From positions 64,728,001-64,792,000 of the forward strand of contig NC_091472.1 of the NCBI RefSeq assembly GCF_036971445.1: a stretch of 64,000 bases of DNA. Direction: 5' to 3'. Positions 39,901 through 52,867 of this stretch are shown here, in pieces (position 1 is the first letter of the stretch; every line of letters begins with the position of its first letter). A program made the position numbers and the translations under genes. The notes under the pieces were generated by a model that made no database searches, was not told the DNA's origin, and worked only from the letters and a program-made list of their open reading frames with translations. This DNA comes from Narcine bancroftii. Taxonomy: Eukaryota.

Positions 39901-42900
39901 TTCTTTATGCCGATCTGAGTCAGGAAATTATTAAAAGGCGTAAAGAATTTAATTCAGCAAAAGAGGTGTTGTGGAGGGAGAGCTACAAGTTTGCCTTTCA
40001 ATATCCTCCTGTATTGAAAGTCTTTTATGGGAATTTTCAATCTCAATTTTTTTGAGAGTGATCATGATGCATTAATTTTTGCTAATTCTTTGCCAGATGT
40101 GCGAGAAGCTGATCGATCATCGTCACCTAAGAGGAGGGCATCTGGTAAGAGGAATGGGAATGGAAAGAAGGGTGAATTGACACAGAGTCTGCTTGATATT
40201 GAAGACCCGGAACAATCTTTGGGATTGGAATCATTGGGCTGAATATGACTGAGATAAATAATTGCTGAGTAGTTCGACGGGGTGGAGGATGGATGGCTCT
40301 GAAGCTTTTAATAATCATCTGCCACTAGTGGGTTTTACCACACCCAGTTACTTGGGGAGTTACTACATTGCTGTAGTTTTGGGGATTTTTTTGGGTTTTT
40401 TTTAGGTTTTTTTTATATAAGGGTATAGCGGCTGTGAAGTGGGCCAAGTGGGCACTCAGCGCGGTAATGGAAACCGCCACCATCAATGCAGTGCATGCAC
40501 TTATCTAAGGGCTGGCATGCTGGCGGTACTGAGGGCCGAGGGACGGCACGTTGATCAACTGGGTCCTCTGCTGAAAGGCACAGGACATTAACAAGTTTCA
40601 ATTTTAACCTGCTGGTCCCGTGGACCAGCAGCTGTCCCTTAACAAAGTCCCACCTTGTCGAGTGGAGCCCGGGACAGGCAGGGAATAAAAGCCGCTTGTA
40701 AAGCTTCAATAAACCAGTCTTTGGTTGACTAGCCTAGTGTGTGATTGCTTTTTTCTCAGTAGCTCTACCATAGTAGCTGCTACAAGGATTTTCTTTTTGT
40801 ATTTTATTTAAAGGGATTTTTTTTTTAGCAAGAGGAGCTTTATTTTATTATAGTGTGAATTGTGTATTTTTTTTAGTAAAGAAATGTCTAATTTAAATTT
40901 TGCAACTTTTAATGTACAGGGATTGAATAATCCGATTAAGTGTAAACGTGTGTTGGTTGAAGGTTGAAGATGAAGGTTGATATTGCTTTTTTGCAAGAAA
41001 CCCATTTAACTGATAAAGAACATTTAAAATTGAAGAGAGGTTGGGTAGGGTATGTAAGATGGCTGTACAAATGGGGTCTTTGATGAAAGATTTGAATTTG
41101 GTTGAAATTTAGAGATTAAATCCAACAGAAAAAGATTTTTCTTTTTATTCATCTAGGCACAATTAATTTTCTAGAATAGATTTGTTTTTGATATCGGCAC
41201 ATCTTCAAGCTCGAATTGTTCAGGCTGAATATAAGAGTAGGATTGTGTCTGATCATTCCATGCTATTTATTATCTTGTGCTGGCTCTGAGGTTATGCAAT
41301 CAACTTATCAGTGGAGATTTAATGTAATGTTATTGAAAAAACCTGAGTTTATTACTTTTGTTAAGGAACAAATTGCTTCTTTTTTGAGTATAAATAATAA
41401 TTCGGTACAGAGTAATTTTATTTTATGGGATGCTTTGAAAGCATATTTATGGGGCCAAATTATTAGTTATTAAGCAAAAGTTAAAAAAAAAAACCAGTAT
41501 TTGGTGGAAAGTTTGACTTTGGAGAAACAGATAGCTGAGTTGGAAAAGGAATTTCAGAAGAATGTTACAGAAGATAAAAAAGCAACATTAACTAGGTTGA
41601 AAATACGTTATAATACTTTGCAAACATATCAATATGAGCGATTAATTCAAAGATCTAAGCAGTGTTATTATGAATTGGGTGATAGAGCTCATAAGGTATT
41701 AGCTTGGCAATTAAAATCAGAACAGGCATCGAGAACTATTAATGATGAAGAATTCAATAGTTACATAAACCTCAGGAAATTAATGACCAATTTTGTTTAT
41801 TTTATTAAAAATTATATACTTCTGAGGGAATTCAAGATGATGGTTCTATTGAATCTTTTTTTAAAATCTGATTTACAATTGCCAGTTTTAGGAGATGAAG
41901 TGAAAGAATTGGAGTCTCCATTTACAGATTTTGAGATTAAGGAAGCTATACAGGAGATGACAAATGGAAAGTCACCAGGTGAGGATGGATTTACAGTAGA
42001 GTTCTATAAGGTGTTTTATGAGGACTTGTCCCCTATATTTATGGATGTGCTTCAGCAAATAACAGATGAACAGTGCTGAATTCGAATCCCAGTCACAGGC
42101 GCTCTAACAGCGCAGAGCGAACTGCTGCACTAACCGTGCCGCTCGTGTTCAAGATTTCTATTCTTTCCTTCTGCAAATAGCAATTGAAATTCACAATATC
42201 TAATAAAGACAATTTTAGTCTCAACACAAAGTTTGAGCTGAAATGTACTATGATAAAAGGGTTCATCAAATTAAAGGCTTTAAATTTCTGTGAAGTGCAA
42301 TTGTTATTGGTAACCGTATATTTACTGATAAATTAATACTTTTAATTTAAGCATCAGAATGGGTTCCAAATGTATGACATTGTAGATCACATCCTCTTCC
42401 AATGAAATCATGAAAAAATTAAGTACAGACAATAAATTCCATTCTGACAACCACTGAGGGCTGATCTGAGCTCTTCTCCACAAAAGGAAAAGGTGTATAA
42501 TTGGCAGTTGATAGACAACAAAGGCATTTTAAAGCAAAATACTTGGCATTTAGGGTGCGGCTGGAGAGAATCATACATGTATAATCCAATAACTACAAAA
42601 TAAGAAATTCCAAGGATTTGATTACATCTTTACCAAAGAAAAATAATTAAGATTATAGATCCAATTTTTTTTGATTCCACAAAAATAAAAATGAATATGC
42701 TCTTCATATTTCAAGTAAACAATAATACAAAATAATGGAAAACATACCGAGAAATGCCCCGATGTGCTGTGTGATACCTCCTGCCTCCATTGCTGCAACT
42801 TGGGTTTTTCTAAGGCTGTCAAGTAATGTTGTTTTTCCATGATCTACATGACCCATGATCGTAACCACAGGTGACCGAGACACTAATATTGCTGGATCTG

Positions 42901-45900
42901 CAGGAGGCCTAAAACAAAGGACACAGCAAACAACTCTCAGATGATTGTTAACTTATGGTTTATTTTTAAACCACTGTGAAGCAATTAAGAATGAAATAAA
43001 CATTCAACTCTCAAAGTAATAAAATGGTAAACAAAATTTGGAAAGAAAATGGTGAGCAAAACTTAGCTGTCAGACAGTGTATTATTTTCAATAAATAGAT
43101 TGTTGCTGGAAAGATCAGTATGAATCATCCTCAATTCTGTGAAGGTGATGACGTACTATATTCTTAAACCAGTGGAGTCATTCTGAATATGTTCTTACAA
43201 AGCTTTTCCTTGGGAGCTTCAGGAATCAAACTGAGTAACAATGGATAAACAAAGATGTCCTAGTTTGGGCAATCAAGTTCAACAGTTCAAATTTAATGTC
43301 AGAGTACATACATAACATCACATACAACCGTTATTTTTTTTTGCGGGCAAGGCAGAATTTGTTGTTAGTGCAAAAAAACTGTACACAGCATATACATGTA
43401 AACAAATTAAGAACTAAACAGATAACAGATGTAAACAAACTGACTGTACAATAGAGAGAATTTAAAAAATTATCACCTAACATAGAATGGAGAATAAGAA
43501 AAATCAAAGTGCACGAGTCCTTAAATAAGTCCCCGATTGAGTTTGTTGTTGAGGAGTTTGATGGTGGAGGGGTAGCAGCTGTTCCTGAACATGGTGGTAC
43601 GAGTCTTGTACCACCTATTCCTCTTTCCTGATGGCAGCAGCAAGTGTGTACTGGGTGGCGTGGATCCTGGATGATTGCTGCTGCTCTCTGACAGCAGCAT
43701 TCTTGTAGATATTTTCGACAGTGGGGAGGGTTTTTGTCTGTGATGTCCTGGACTGTGTTCACTACCTTTTGGAGGGCTTTACACTCAGGGATGTTTGTGT
43801 CCCCATACCAGGTCCATGATGCAGCTGCTCAGCACACTTTCCATTACACATCTGTAGAAATTTGCCAGGGTTTCTGGTGTCATACCAAACCTCCTCAAAC
43901 TCCTGATAAAGTAGAGGTGCCATTGGTGTGTTGGGTCCAGGAATGATCCTCCAAGATAGCAACTCCAAAGAACTTAAATTTTCTCACTCTCTCCACCTCT
44001 GATCCCCCAGTGGTCACTGGATGGTATACCTTTTGCTTTCCCTTCCTGAGGTCAACAATCAGTTCCCTAGTTTTGGTGACCTTGAGTGCAAGGTTGTTGT
44101 TGGTGCAACATTCAGCCAATTCTTCAATCTCCCTCCTGTATGCTGACTCATTACCTTTCTTTATACAACCCACTATCGTGGTATCATTGGCAAATTTGTA
44201 GATGGTGTTATTGTCGTACCGAGCCATTCTGTCATAGGTGTAAAGTGAATAGAGCAAAGGGCTAAGAACGCAGTCCTGTGGTGCTCCGATACTGATGGAG
44301 ATTGTGGCGATGTTCTTACCAATCCTCACTGATTGTGATCTGGAGGTGAAGAAATCCATGATCCAGTTACACAATGGGGAGTTGGGTCCTAGTCTTGGAG
44401 TTTGCTGATCAGTTTTGAGGGGGATGATGGTGTTAAACTGTAGTGTCGATAAAGAGCATCTTGATGAATGCATCTTTACTGTTTAGGTGTTCCAGGGGTT
44501 TGTGAAGAGCCAGTGAGATAGCATCTGTCATAGATCTGTTGTTACGATAGACGAAGTGGATTGTATCCATGTACCTGCTCAGAAAGGAGGTGATATGCTT
44601 CAACACCAGCCATTTAAAACACTTCATTACTGTTAATGTAAGTGCTACTGGTCGATAGTCATTAAGACAGGTTACTACATTCTTCAAGGGCACCAGCATG
44701 ATTGACATCTGCTTGAAACAAGTGAGTACCACACCTTGCTGGAGTTAGATATTGAAGATATCCATGAATACGTTTGAAGACAGAGGAACAGCTGATTGGC
44801 CAATCATTCAACAGTTGAAGGCCATCGAGGTCAGGTGACCCAAGCATCACTATAGAAGCATAGGAGTGTTCATCAATGGGGTGGACTGAGTCCGAGTGGA
44901 AAGGGTTTAGCTCAAGAGGTTTTTGCGAGAAGAGGCTTAGGAGGTGGTGAAGGAGTTGAAGTAAAAGTTGCCCTATTTGAAAAACAAAAAGGATCAGCAG
45001 GTAGACACAGGTAAGAGCAGGTCTTAGATATCATATTTTTCCTCTAGTCATAGACAGGAAGCCAAGGCAGGCGAATGCTCCTCTTGCAGAATGTGAGTTG
45101 TCAGGGAAGCCAGCTGCAGCTCCAGACAAATCGAGTTAAGGAATTGGATGAATCCTGTATCATTCAGAGGCAGAGGTGATGATACCAGGAGTTACGTGGA
45201 TATGAAGTAGGAGGTAGATGGTGACAGACAGGAGAGGGAAAGGAAATCAGTAGGCAGTGCAAGTCATCCCTGTGGTTGTTCCACTCAATAACTGTTGGCG
45301 GGAACAACCTACCAGGGATAAGCCATGGTGATCTGGTCTCTGGCACAGAGTCTGGTCCTGTGGCTAAGAAAGGAAGGATATGTAAGTTATGGAGAGGGTG
45401 CAGAGAAGATTTCCCAGGATGTTGCCTGGATTGGGAAACAAGTCTTATGAGGCAAGGTTAGTAGAGCTGAGACTTATCACTTTGGAGTGTAGAAGGAAAA
45501 GAAGAGACAATAGAAGTCTATAAGATTATGAGAGGCACAGATAGTGTGAACAGTAGCACCTGTTTCCTAAGGCAGGTTTAGCAAACACTAGAGGTCACAT
45601 GTACAAAATGAAGGGAGGGAAGTCTAGGGGAGACATCAAGGGTATTTTTTTTTCTTTTAAATACAGAGAGTTGTGGGTGCCTGGAATGCCTTATCAAGGA
45701 TGGTGCTCGAAGCTGAAACATTGGGGGCATTTAAGAGACTCCTAGACAGATACATGGATGAAAGAAAAATAGAGGGTTTGGGGTAGGGAGGGTTTGTAAC
45801 TTTTTTTAAAGAAAGGGATAAATGGGTCAGCAGAACATCAAGGGTCAAAGGGCCTGTACTGTGCTGTATTGTTCTATGTTCTAAGTGTGAGATATTGCAT

Positions 45901-48900
45901 TTTGGAAGGGCAAACCAAGAAAGGACATACATGGTAAATGGTAGGGCACTGAGGAGTGTTGTAAAACAGAGGCATCTGGGAATACAGATATACAATTCCC
46001 TGAAAGGGGTGTCACAGGAAAATAGGGTGTAAAGAGAGTTTTTCGCATATTGGCCTTCATAAATCAAAGTACTGAATACAGGAGTTGAGATGTTATGGTA
46101 AAGCTGAGCAAGACATTGATGAGGCCACATTTGGAGTATTTGCAGTTTTCTTCCCACAGGAAAGATATTAATAAGATAGAAAGGATGTAGATAAGATTTA
46201 CTAGGATGTTGTCCGGAATTCAGGAACCAAGTTACAGGAAAAGATTAAATAGGTTCGGTGTTTATTCCCTGGAGCATAGAAGAATGAGGAGAGTTTTAAT
46301 AGAGGCATTTAAAATTATGAGGGGGGGTGGGGTAAACAGATGAATATAGGTTGGCTTTTTCCACTGAAAGTAGGTGTGATAAAAACCTTTGTACATGGGT
46401 TAGGGGTGAAAGGGGAAAAGTTTAGGGGGAACTTCTTCACACAGAGTAGTGGCAGGCCCTCTGAAGTGGTGAATGTGGGCTCAATTTTAACATTTAAGAA
46501 GAATTTGAACAGGTGCATGGATGGGAGAGGTATGGATGGTCATGAATGTGCCAGTCAGAGGGACTAGGCAGAAAAATGGTTTGGCACAGACTAGAAGGGC
46601 CAAAGGTGCCTGTTTCTGTGCTGTAATGTTCTATGGAACTAAGTTATACATGACAATTCTTCTTGTCTCTTCCCAAGGTTTCACCATTACCAAAGCCAGT
46701 GTTCACTATGATGGTCCACAACAAATTCAAGTACTGTCCTAAAAACTTGTGTTGCTGAACTATGCATGCCTCAAAACCAAGCTACTCCAACTGGATACAA
46801 CTCTGGTATCTATCCAAGATGGAATGTGACAAAGAAGGGAACATTGAAGTAGTAGCATTTCCTGCTGCCTTTGTCCTTCTAGATGGTACAGACTATAGGT
46901 TTAAGGAGTTGCCATCAAAGTAATGATAGCAAGTAACTGCAATACATTTTCTAGATATTTCACATTGAAGTCATGGTGTCAGATGACCAATTAGTAGGCT
47001 GTTTTCTTTTGAAAGCCATGAAGTGAATGCATTCATCTAAGTGTCTATTTGCACAAATGGAACCTGGTGAGCTAGCATCTTTGTGTTCTCAGATTGCAGT
47101 GAAATTAAGAACTTTCAAGCACACAAAAGGTAGGTGAAGTTTTAATAACTTTTTTTCCAGAGTAAACTAAATATTGACATAATAACTACCTCATCCTGAA
47201 TATGTGTAAAATCATTAACCTACCTTTTGACAGCATCTTTATTTTCTTTTACTTTTTCTTCTGAAAGTTTTGCCCATCTAAACTTCATTCCAGATTTTTT
47301 TATGATCTCTTTTATCCAGTTTTCATCCAAAACAAAATCATCATCCAAGGAGTCCATATCAATATTTGTGTGCAGCAGAGCTTCATACACATGATCTAGT
47401 TTAAGGATAGAATGTCAGCCTATTTTAACATGCAAAAATAACTTTTTTGTCTCAAACAATAAAGCTCTTAGATGGAATTCAACAAGCCACAACACTCTTA
47501 TTACTGTCTTTTTTTTTTTTTTTTTTAAACTTTATTTAAGATTTTATAACATGAATAACATATAGGATTACATTTAAAAAAAATTAAGAATAAAATAATA
47601 AAATTACAATACAGTATCAGTAATCTAAATAAACTATACCCTCCCCAATAATTATTACACATTAATAACCCAACTCAAATTAGTCCAACACCCCCTTTCC
47701 CCCCAAAATAAAGAGTGAAGAATTAATAAAGTTAATAATATGTGAGAAAAAAACCCACTTACAAAAAAAAACATAACCGATTAAAATACTAACAAAAAGA
47801 AAAGTAATTAATACTAAAATATCAGACTTAAAAAACATATTTAAACTCTTATTACTGTCTTCTTGAATCTTCAAATTGCTTGGTCATAAAGAATATCATT
47901 TTGCACTGCCAATGGTAACATTTGAATGAATCGCATTTTATAGCGTAAATGTTAATAAAACATATTTTGGGAGAAAAACATCACAGGAAAAGTAACATGG
48001 GAATAAAACTAGAAATTAAAAAAAACACTTCTAAAAACAAAAGAAATTCACATTAGCTAATTACCACTCTTCCACTTACCACATTTTCCTCAACCATCAG
48101 TCAACTACTGTTGATGTAAACTGGAGACACTTTCACGCTTACCATCTGTTCACAAATTTAATTTCTAACTTAAACCATTCAGTTCCAAAAAAAATCAAGA
48201 TATTAGCCGAAAGAGAATAAAGAGTCAATAAGAATAATCCCCCTATCTATCAAATCAAGATTTAACCAAGTGCAGTATCATGTAGACCAAATAAAGTTGA
48301 TTTCAATTCAAGTTTTAGGAAATGGCACGATGGAGGAAGTTGTGATTTTTTAGAAACCAATCTCAGTCCCAGTATGTTGCTGGAGCTCTTTAGGTCAATG
48401 CTGTAGATTCAACCGTCTAACTGCTTCATCAAAGACCTTCCCATTATTATCAGAAATTGGGACATTCACTTAATACATGGCATTCATTTGTAATTACTTG
48501 GATAATGAAGCCAAAATATTGCAAAGCTTGAATAAAATTGAGTACTGTATTATAATGTAGCTATTTATACAGTGCACCATCAAGGCTTTTAAACAGCATT
48601 TTCCAAACCCACCATTTCTTCTGCTAAGGACAAATATAACAGATGCATGGAAATATCATAGAACTTTACACATCTTCCTGAGTTGGACATATCAACCATT
48701 CCATCATTGGGTGAAAGATCCTCAAACTCCCCCTCAAACTCCCTACCACTGAGAGAGTACACTCACTGAATGGATTGCAGCAGACGTTGCCATGAACAGT
48801 CAGGATGAACAATAAAGACAAGCAGCCAAGTGATGCCACACCCATGAACAAATAATGAAAATCATTATCAACCAAGTTCTTGACCCAATACATTTGATAA

Positions 48901-51900
48901 TTACATCATCTCTCATGTTTTGATTAGTACTAGTTAAGTGAACTTAGGGACTTACCTGTGTCTTTTCCCATAGCCTCTGCAAGTTCAAAAATAGTCATTC
49001 TTCTCTTTATTTCAACTTCTTTCTTTACCTGCTTTTGTTTCATTGCAGCATTCTGAGATATTCCTTTCTTGAATGAGAAATAGGAATTTAAAAAGAACAA
49101 ACTTTTAAAAAGTAGTTAGATGAAGGTTTCAGAACAGCAATGAAACATCAACATGACCAGATAGGAGCTGCAAACCACACCTATAAAGGTACATCTTCAA
49201 ATGAGGTCAGAAATCAGAATTTGATTTCTTTACTCAGTTATTCCCTTCATGAGCCATTTTAAATACAAGTTACACTCATATCTTAATACTATGTTGTGCC
49301 AATGTAGGAACTGAATATTTCAGAGCAGTAATGTTTGCTTCACAGTCATACAGCCAAATGGAGGTAAACAAGAAATAAGGTGATTACAGAAACGTGGCTT
49401 CAGTTTTCGATTCCAGATTCAATGATCCAGCAAGATGGCCTTATCTCCTTCAGGGCAGACATAGATGCTGCTGCTTCTTGCAAGACTCGAGGAGTGGGTC
49501 TGTGCATTTACATCAGTGAGAATTGGTCCACAAACTTTTCTGCTGCAAAGACCTTCTGCTCAGCAGAATACTTGATGGTGAAATGCAGACTCTTCTACCT
49601 CCCCAGGGAGTTCACGGCCACGCTGATTGCTGCAGTTTACATTCCACCTTTGGTAAATAAGATGAAGCAATGAAAGAACTTTAAGGTGCCATCTGCAACG
49701 CTCAAACATTTCACCTGGATGGTTGCATGGTTACAGCAGGCGATTTCAATCACAGTAACCTGAAAACTATTCGGTACAACAGCACATGATCCTCACTATC
49801 AGAGGAGAGTACACCCAAGAACGAGTGTGCACCATAACATTCCTGGTGTGTACAAGGCTGCCCTTCTCCCCCAACTTGAATACTCGGACACATCTGTCCT
49901 GCTAATCTCAGCATACAGAACACTGGAAAAATGAACAAAGTTAGTTCACAGAGAGATCAGGACATGGCAACAGGGACCACAGAGGCACTAGAGAACTGCT
50001 TTGAGACAACAGACCGTAGCCGCTTCAGGAAGGCGGTACCCTACAACAGATATGTAAAAAAAAAATCAACGGATACCCAAGCTTATTGACTAGCTACATT
50101 AGCAAGTGCTAATATCACAGATATCAAATGCTAGACAACCAGGGCTAACCAGAAACCATAGTTGGACACAGAGGTCCGTGCACTTCTCAGAGTTGAGATG
50201 CAACCTTCAGGATAGGAGTCAAGGTGTCACAAAGACCTGCCAGGGCTGCACTCTCCCATACCATCCAGGAGACAAAGCGCAGGTATGCACAGGTGACCCT
50301 GGCAATATGAGGTGCATATGGCAAGATATCAAAACAATAACATTACCAGAGAATCTTGTGAGTCAATGATGATGTTTCCCTTCTGGACGGAGTGAACATC
50401 TTCTACACACAGTAAGATAAAAAAAATAGGCTGACGCCAAAGAAAGCACCATTTTCCCCTGAAGAAAAGGTCCTTGCGTTGCTGTCACTGAGGTGAGGAG
50501 AATCCTATTCAGGGTGAACCCACATTAGACAGCAGAACAAGACAACATTCCCAGACAGGTACTAAAGGACTGTTCTGACCAACTGATGGAAGTTCATCTG
50601 TAGATCTTCAACACGTCCATCGTTTCCTGGGTTGCAAGGCAGCTATCATCAACCCGATACCAAATAGAGTAACAGTAACAGGCCTCAACAACTAACTCCC
50701 AGTGGTACTGGCCTCTACCAGGATTAAATGCTTCAATAGAATGCATTAAAACACTCCTCCTAGAGACATTGGACCCATTTCAATTCACCTACAAATGATG
50801 CTAGAGCTTTGTCCCTCAACTCTGCTCTGACTCACCTGGAAAATAATGCCTCCTACTCCATACAATCATTTCCCAGAAGCGCATGGAGAAACTGCCTTCA
50901 CTGAGACTCAACATCTGGATTCTGGACTTCCTAATGGAAAGTCCATAGTCTGTCTAGGTTGGCAGCAGAACATAGAGCACCATTACACTGAGCATTTGTG
51001 CACCTCAGGGCTGGGTGCTTAGTTCACTCCTGTTCATACTACTGACTCACAACTGCAACACCAAATCCATCTCCAAAAGAGTCATCAAGTTTGCAGATGA
51101 CATGACAGCAATTGGCCTCATCAGCAACAACAAGGAGCACTACAAAGAAAACCAGGAAAATCTCATGAAATATTGCAAGATCCCAAGTGTCTAAGTGGGC
51201 AAGGCACAGGAGATGATTGTGAACTTCAGGAGGACCAGGAACGACCACCGTTCACTACACATCAACAACTCTGTAGTTCAGAGTGGAGAGCACCAAGTTC
51301 CTTAATAAGTGACCTATCCTAGACACACAACATCTCCTCACTTGTCAGGAAGGCACAACAGTGACTTCCTTAGAAGGGTGAGGCAAGCATGGGTACTGTC
51401 CTGTCAGCTTTCTACAGGAATTCTATTGAGAGCATCCTGGCCAACTGCATCGCAGTGTGGTATGGTGCCTGAAGGGCATTGGATCAGAGGTCAATCCACA
51501 GGACCATAAAAGCAGTGTAAAGGAGCACTGGGGTCTCCCTCTCCTACCACCCCCTCCCCAATTGAGGTGATTTCCTGGGATCATTGCATAAAGAGGGTTC
51601 ACAAAATCAAGGAGGACCCCTATCACCCTATACACAGCATCTTCCAGCTACTCCCGTCAGGAGTATCAGATCCAGAACCACTTGGCTGAGGAATGGTTTC
51701 TTCCCAAAAGCAATGAAATTGGCGAATGACTACTAAATTCCCCATGACTCTACTATTAATAATATTTATTTACATAAATACTGTTCTGCACCGGGGAATG
51801 GAAAACACTATTTTGTTGAGTTGCACTGGTACAATTGGATGACAAATAAACTTGAACAGAAATATGCAGATGTCTCTGAGATGCCTATCATCGAAGACAG

Positions 51901-52867
51901 TCTGCAAGTCTCTCTCATTGTTCCCTCTTTTAGCCACACTGCTCTCAAGCTCCACAACTATGTGATTGTTACCTCCCCACACTTTTTAATTTAGGTATCT
52001 GCCTTATTTTCTGCACTCCTGAAGAAGATCTCAGACCAAAAATCCTGACTGCCTTTGCTCTGTTTGGATGCTATGCAGCCAGCGGAGTTTCTCCAGCATT
52101 TATGTGTACTGCACATAGCAGTATCTGCAATAAATTTCTTGTTTACTTACAGTGATGGGTTTTGAAATTTGAAGATGCAACTGTATAAACAAATACTGTA
52201 CCACTTTCTATTCCACAGTGCACAGCAGAGGTAATCAAGAAACTATTCACTGTTTTTATGCAGACGATGATTGGTTTCTCAACATATATACAAGAAAAAT
52301 ATTGAGATGGGATCTTGGACCAATCTTTTGAGTTAATAACAAGTATAACAGATTTTAAAAACCATTTCAGAGAAGTACAGTATAAAATTTATTTTTAACT
52401 AGAATACAAATTGCAATAATCTATCCTATATTGTTGAAATGCAATACTATTCAAGTTAAATTAATAAACCCATCCCCCAAATCAAGAAATTAGTGTAATT
52501 ACAATTTTTTAGATGAAAGCAGAAGCTTCATTACTTCATTAACCTATTTCATCAAATGCAAACTAGTTCAGATGTTCACAAATTTCCTTTAATAGTTAGA
52601 GATGAATTTCATGCATTGTGACATGTCAGAAGATATTACAAAATCAACAACTGTAATAGATTACTGTACCCTTTTGGTGCCAAAAAGCCTGATGAATGAT
52701 AGGCTGAATTTGTTGATATCCCTGGGTAACCAGCTTTGATGCAGCATCAGTAGACATGGATGTAGCTTCAATTCAAGAGCATCTCTCCATTTCAGAATAT
52801 GAATCGCATGGTGATGTGGCTTCCAAGTTGCTGGATTCAGTCTACACAATAATCTTCTCATCATCAT
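21964..52867 (-). CDS. MTIF2: Mitochondrial translation initiation factor IF-2, 719 aa, 13 coding exons
   Basis: Exons 5'->3': 52867-52670, 49067-48956, 47395-47224, 42908-42748, 37978-37802, 36503-36364, 35199-35075, 33629-33425, 26579-26327, 25442-25302, 23565-23401, 22614-22474, 22133-21964. All GT-AG, phases compatible, 2160 nt in total. Motifs: G1 GHVDHGKT, G2 [11 protein letters not shown]3 DTPGH, G4 NKCD, G5 SALKGEN, C-terminal AGMECGL...WDPGF*. The N-terminus is a basic, presequence-like segment. The first exon and choice among three tandem ATGs are less certain. Confidence 0.96.
23630..24075 (+). mobile_element. Penelope-like element fragment (GIY-YIG-proximal region)
   Basis: [12 protein letters not shown]...IQQIILHNF...[15 protein letters not shown]...FQVRQRFTC. 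Confidence 0.65.
24515..25270 (-). mobile_element. Rex1/Babar LINE 3' end interrupted by a SINE
   Basis: [18 protein letters not shown]...[20 protein letters not shown]...[15 protein letters not shown]; same family as 2925-4195 and 43285-44780. Confidence 0.8.
24679..24915 (-). mobile_element. tRNA-derived V-SINE (HE1-like)
   Basis: Minus-strand 5' end GGGTGGCACGGTTGG with a B-box-like GGTACGAATCC, central GGAGTTTGTCTGTTCTCCCCATGTCTGCGTGGGCTTTCCCCGGG..CTCCGGCTTCCTCCCAC, LINE-like tail and A-run. Confidence 0.8.
27028..27710 (+). mobile_element. 5'-inverted L1 insertion with 16-bp TSD
   Basis: TSD AACCTGGAAGTGCTTG at 27012-27027 and 27711-27726. 27028-~27263 encodes [20 protein letters not shown]...KIALAVA on the - strand. 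~27264-27710 encodes TWKLEDN...IPLEKITY...WEPYIKY...* plus 3'UTR and A-tail on the + strand. Confidence 0.9.
28559..30267 (-). mobile_element. Internally deleted L1 retaining both ends, 14-bp TSD with one mismatch
   Basis: ACCTAGATATTCTT 28545-28558 / ACCTAGATTTTCTT 30268-30281. G-rich 5' end, ORF1 MPPKKDK (30103)...[11 protein letters not shown], then ORF2 C-terminus ([36 protein letters not shown]). Confidence 0.85.
31259..33330. repeat. 12-bp tandem array, about 172.7 units
   Basis: 125 x GGCGCGTGTGGT (31259-32758), 5 x GCCGCGTGTGGT, 1 x GCGGCGTGTGGT, 3 x GGGGCGTGTGGT (32831-32866), about 38.7 x GCCGCGTGTGGT. It lies in the MTIF2 intron after coding exon 8. Confidence 0.99.
33941..34831. 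mobile_element. Non-autonomous pogo/Tigger-like DNA transposon
   Basis: TA-flanked ~25-bp TIRs CAGTAAAATCCCCATTATCCAGCAC / GTGCCATATAATAGGGATTTTACTG. No transposase ORF; contains SINE-head-like pieces. Confidence 0.8.
35405..35789 (+). mobile_element. Solo LTR related to the Gypsy element at 15901-20090
   Basis: Starts TGTAGCGGCCC and ends ...GTGTATGTCTTATTTCCAAGCTAGAACCTTAAGAAATGCCACG, matching the reverse complement of 15901-16226. Flanks TTCT/CTCT. Confidence 0.85.
38950..42075 (+). mobile_element. L1 LINE 5' portion (ORF1, endonuclease, start of RT), 3'-truncated and degenerate
   Basis: ORF1: [20 protein letters not shown]...ELDRAHR...[15 protein letters not shown]2 from 40884: [55 protein letters not shown]. 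It ends against a SINE head at about 42075-42145. Confidence 0.9.
40424..40784 (+). mobile_element. Solo LTR inserted in the L1 inter-ORF region
   Basis: Inverted termini TATAGCGGC...GCTGCTACA, near-TSD AGGG/AGGA, internal AATAAA motifs; GC-rich block inside T-rich L1 sequence. Confidence 0.75.
43285..44780 (-). mobile_element. Rex1/Babar LINE (RT and 3'UTR)
   Basis: [70 protein letters not shown]. Confidence 0.85.
44820..46635 (+). mobile_element. Composite CR1 LINE fragments (5'UTR/ORF1 piece plus two 3' ends)
   Basis: ECSSCRM ORF1-like remnant near 45075; a 3' end with TTCTATG-type tail at about 45870; a second RT C-terminus ([11 protein letters not shown]) from 45883 to about 46635. Confidence 0.7.
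47511..47844 (-). mobile_element. Short 5'-truncated L1-type insertion (3'UTR only), perfect 17-bp TSD
   Basis: TSD ACTCTTATTACTGTCTT at 47494-47510 and 47845-47861; poly(T) next to TTTATT; highly similar to 63724-64000. Confidence 0.85.
49375..51855 (+). mobile_element. Degenerate Rex1/Babar LINE including endonuclease
   Basis: ITETWL...[13 protein letters not shown]...[54 protein letters not shown]. Confidence 0.8.

Noticed and set aside
48080-48146. Possible cryptic or poison exon in MTIF2 (two GTAAG donors on the - strand)
   Set aside because: Weak acceptors, stop in frame and no supporting evidence; such motifs are common by chance.
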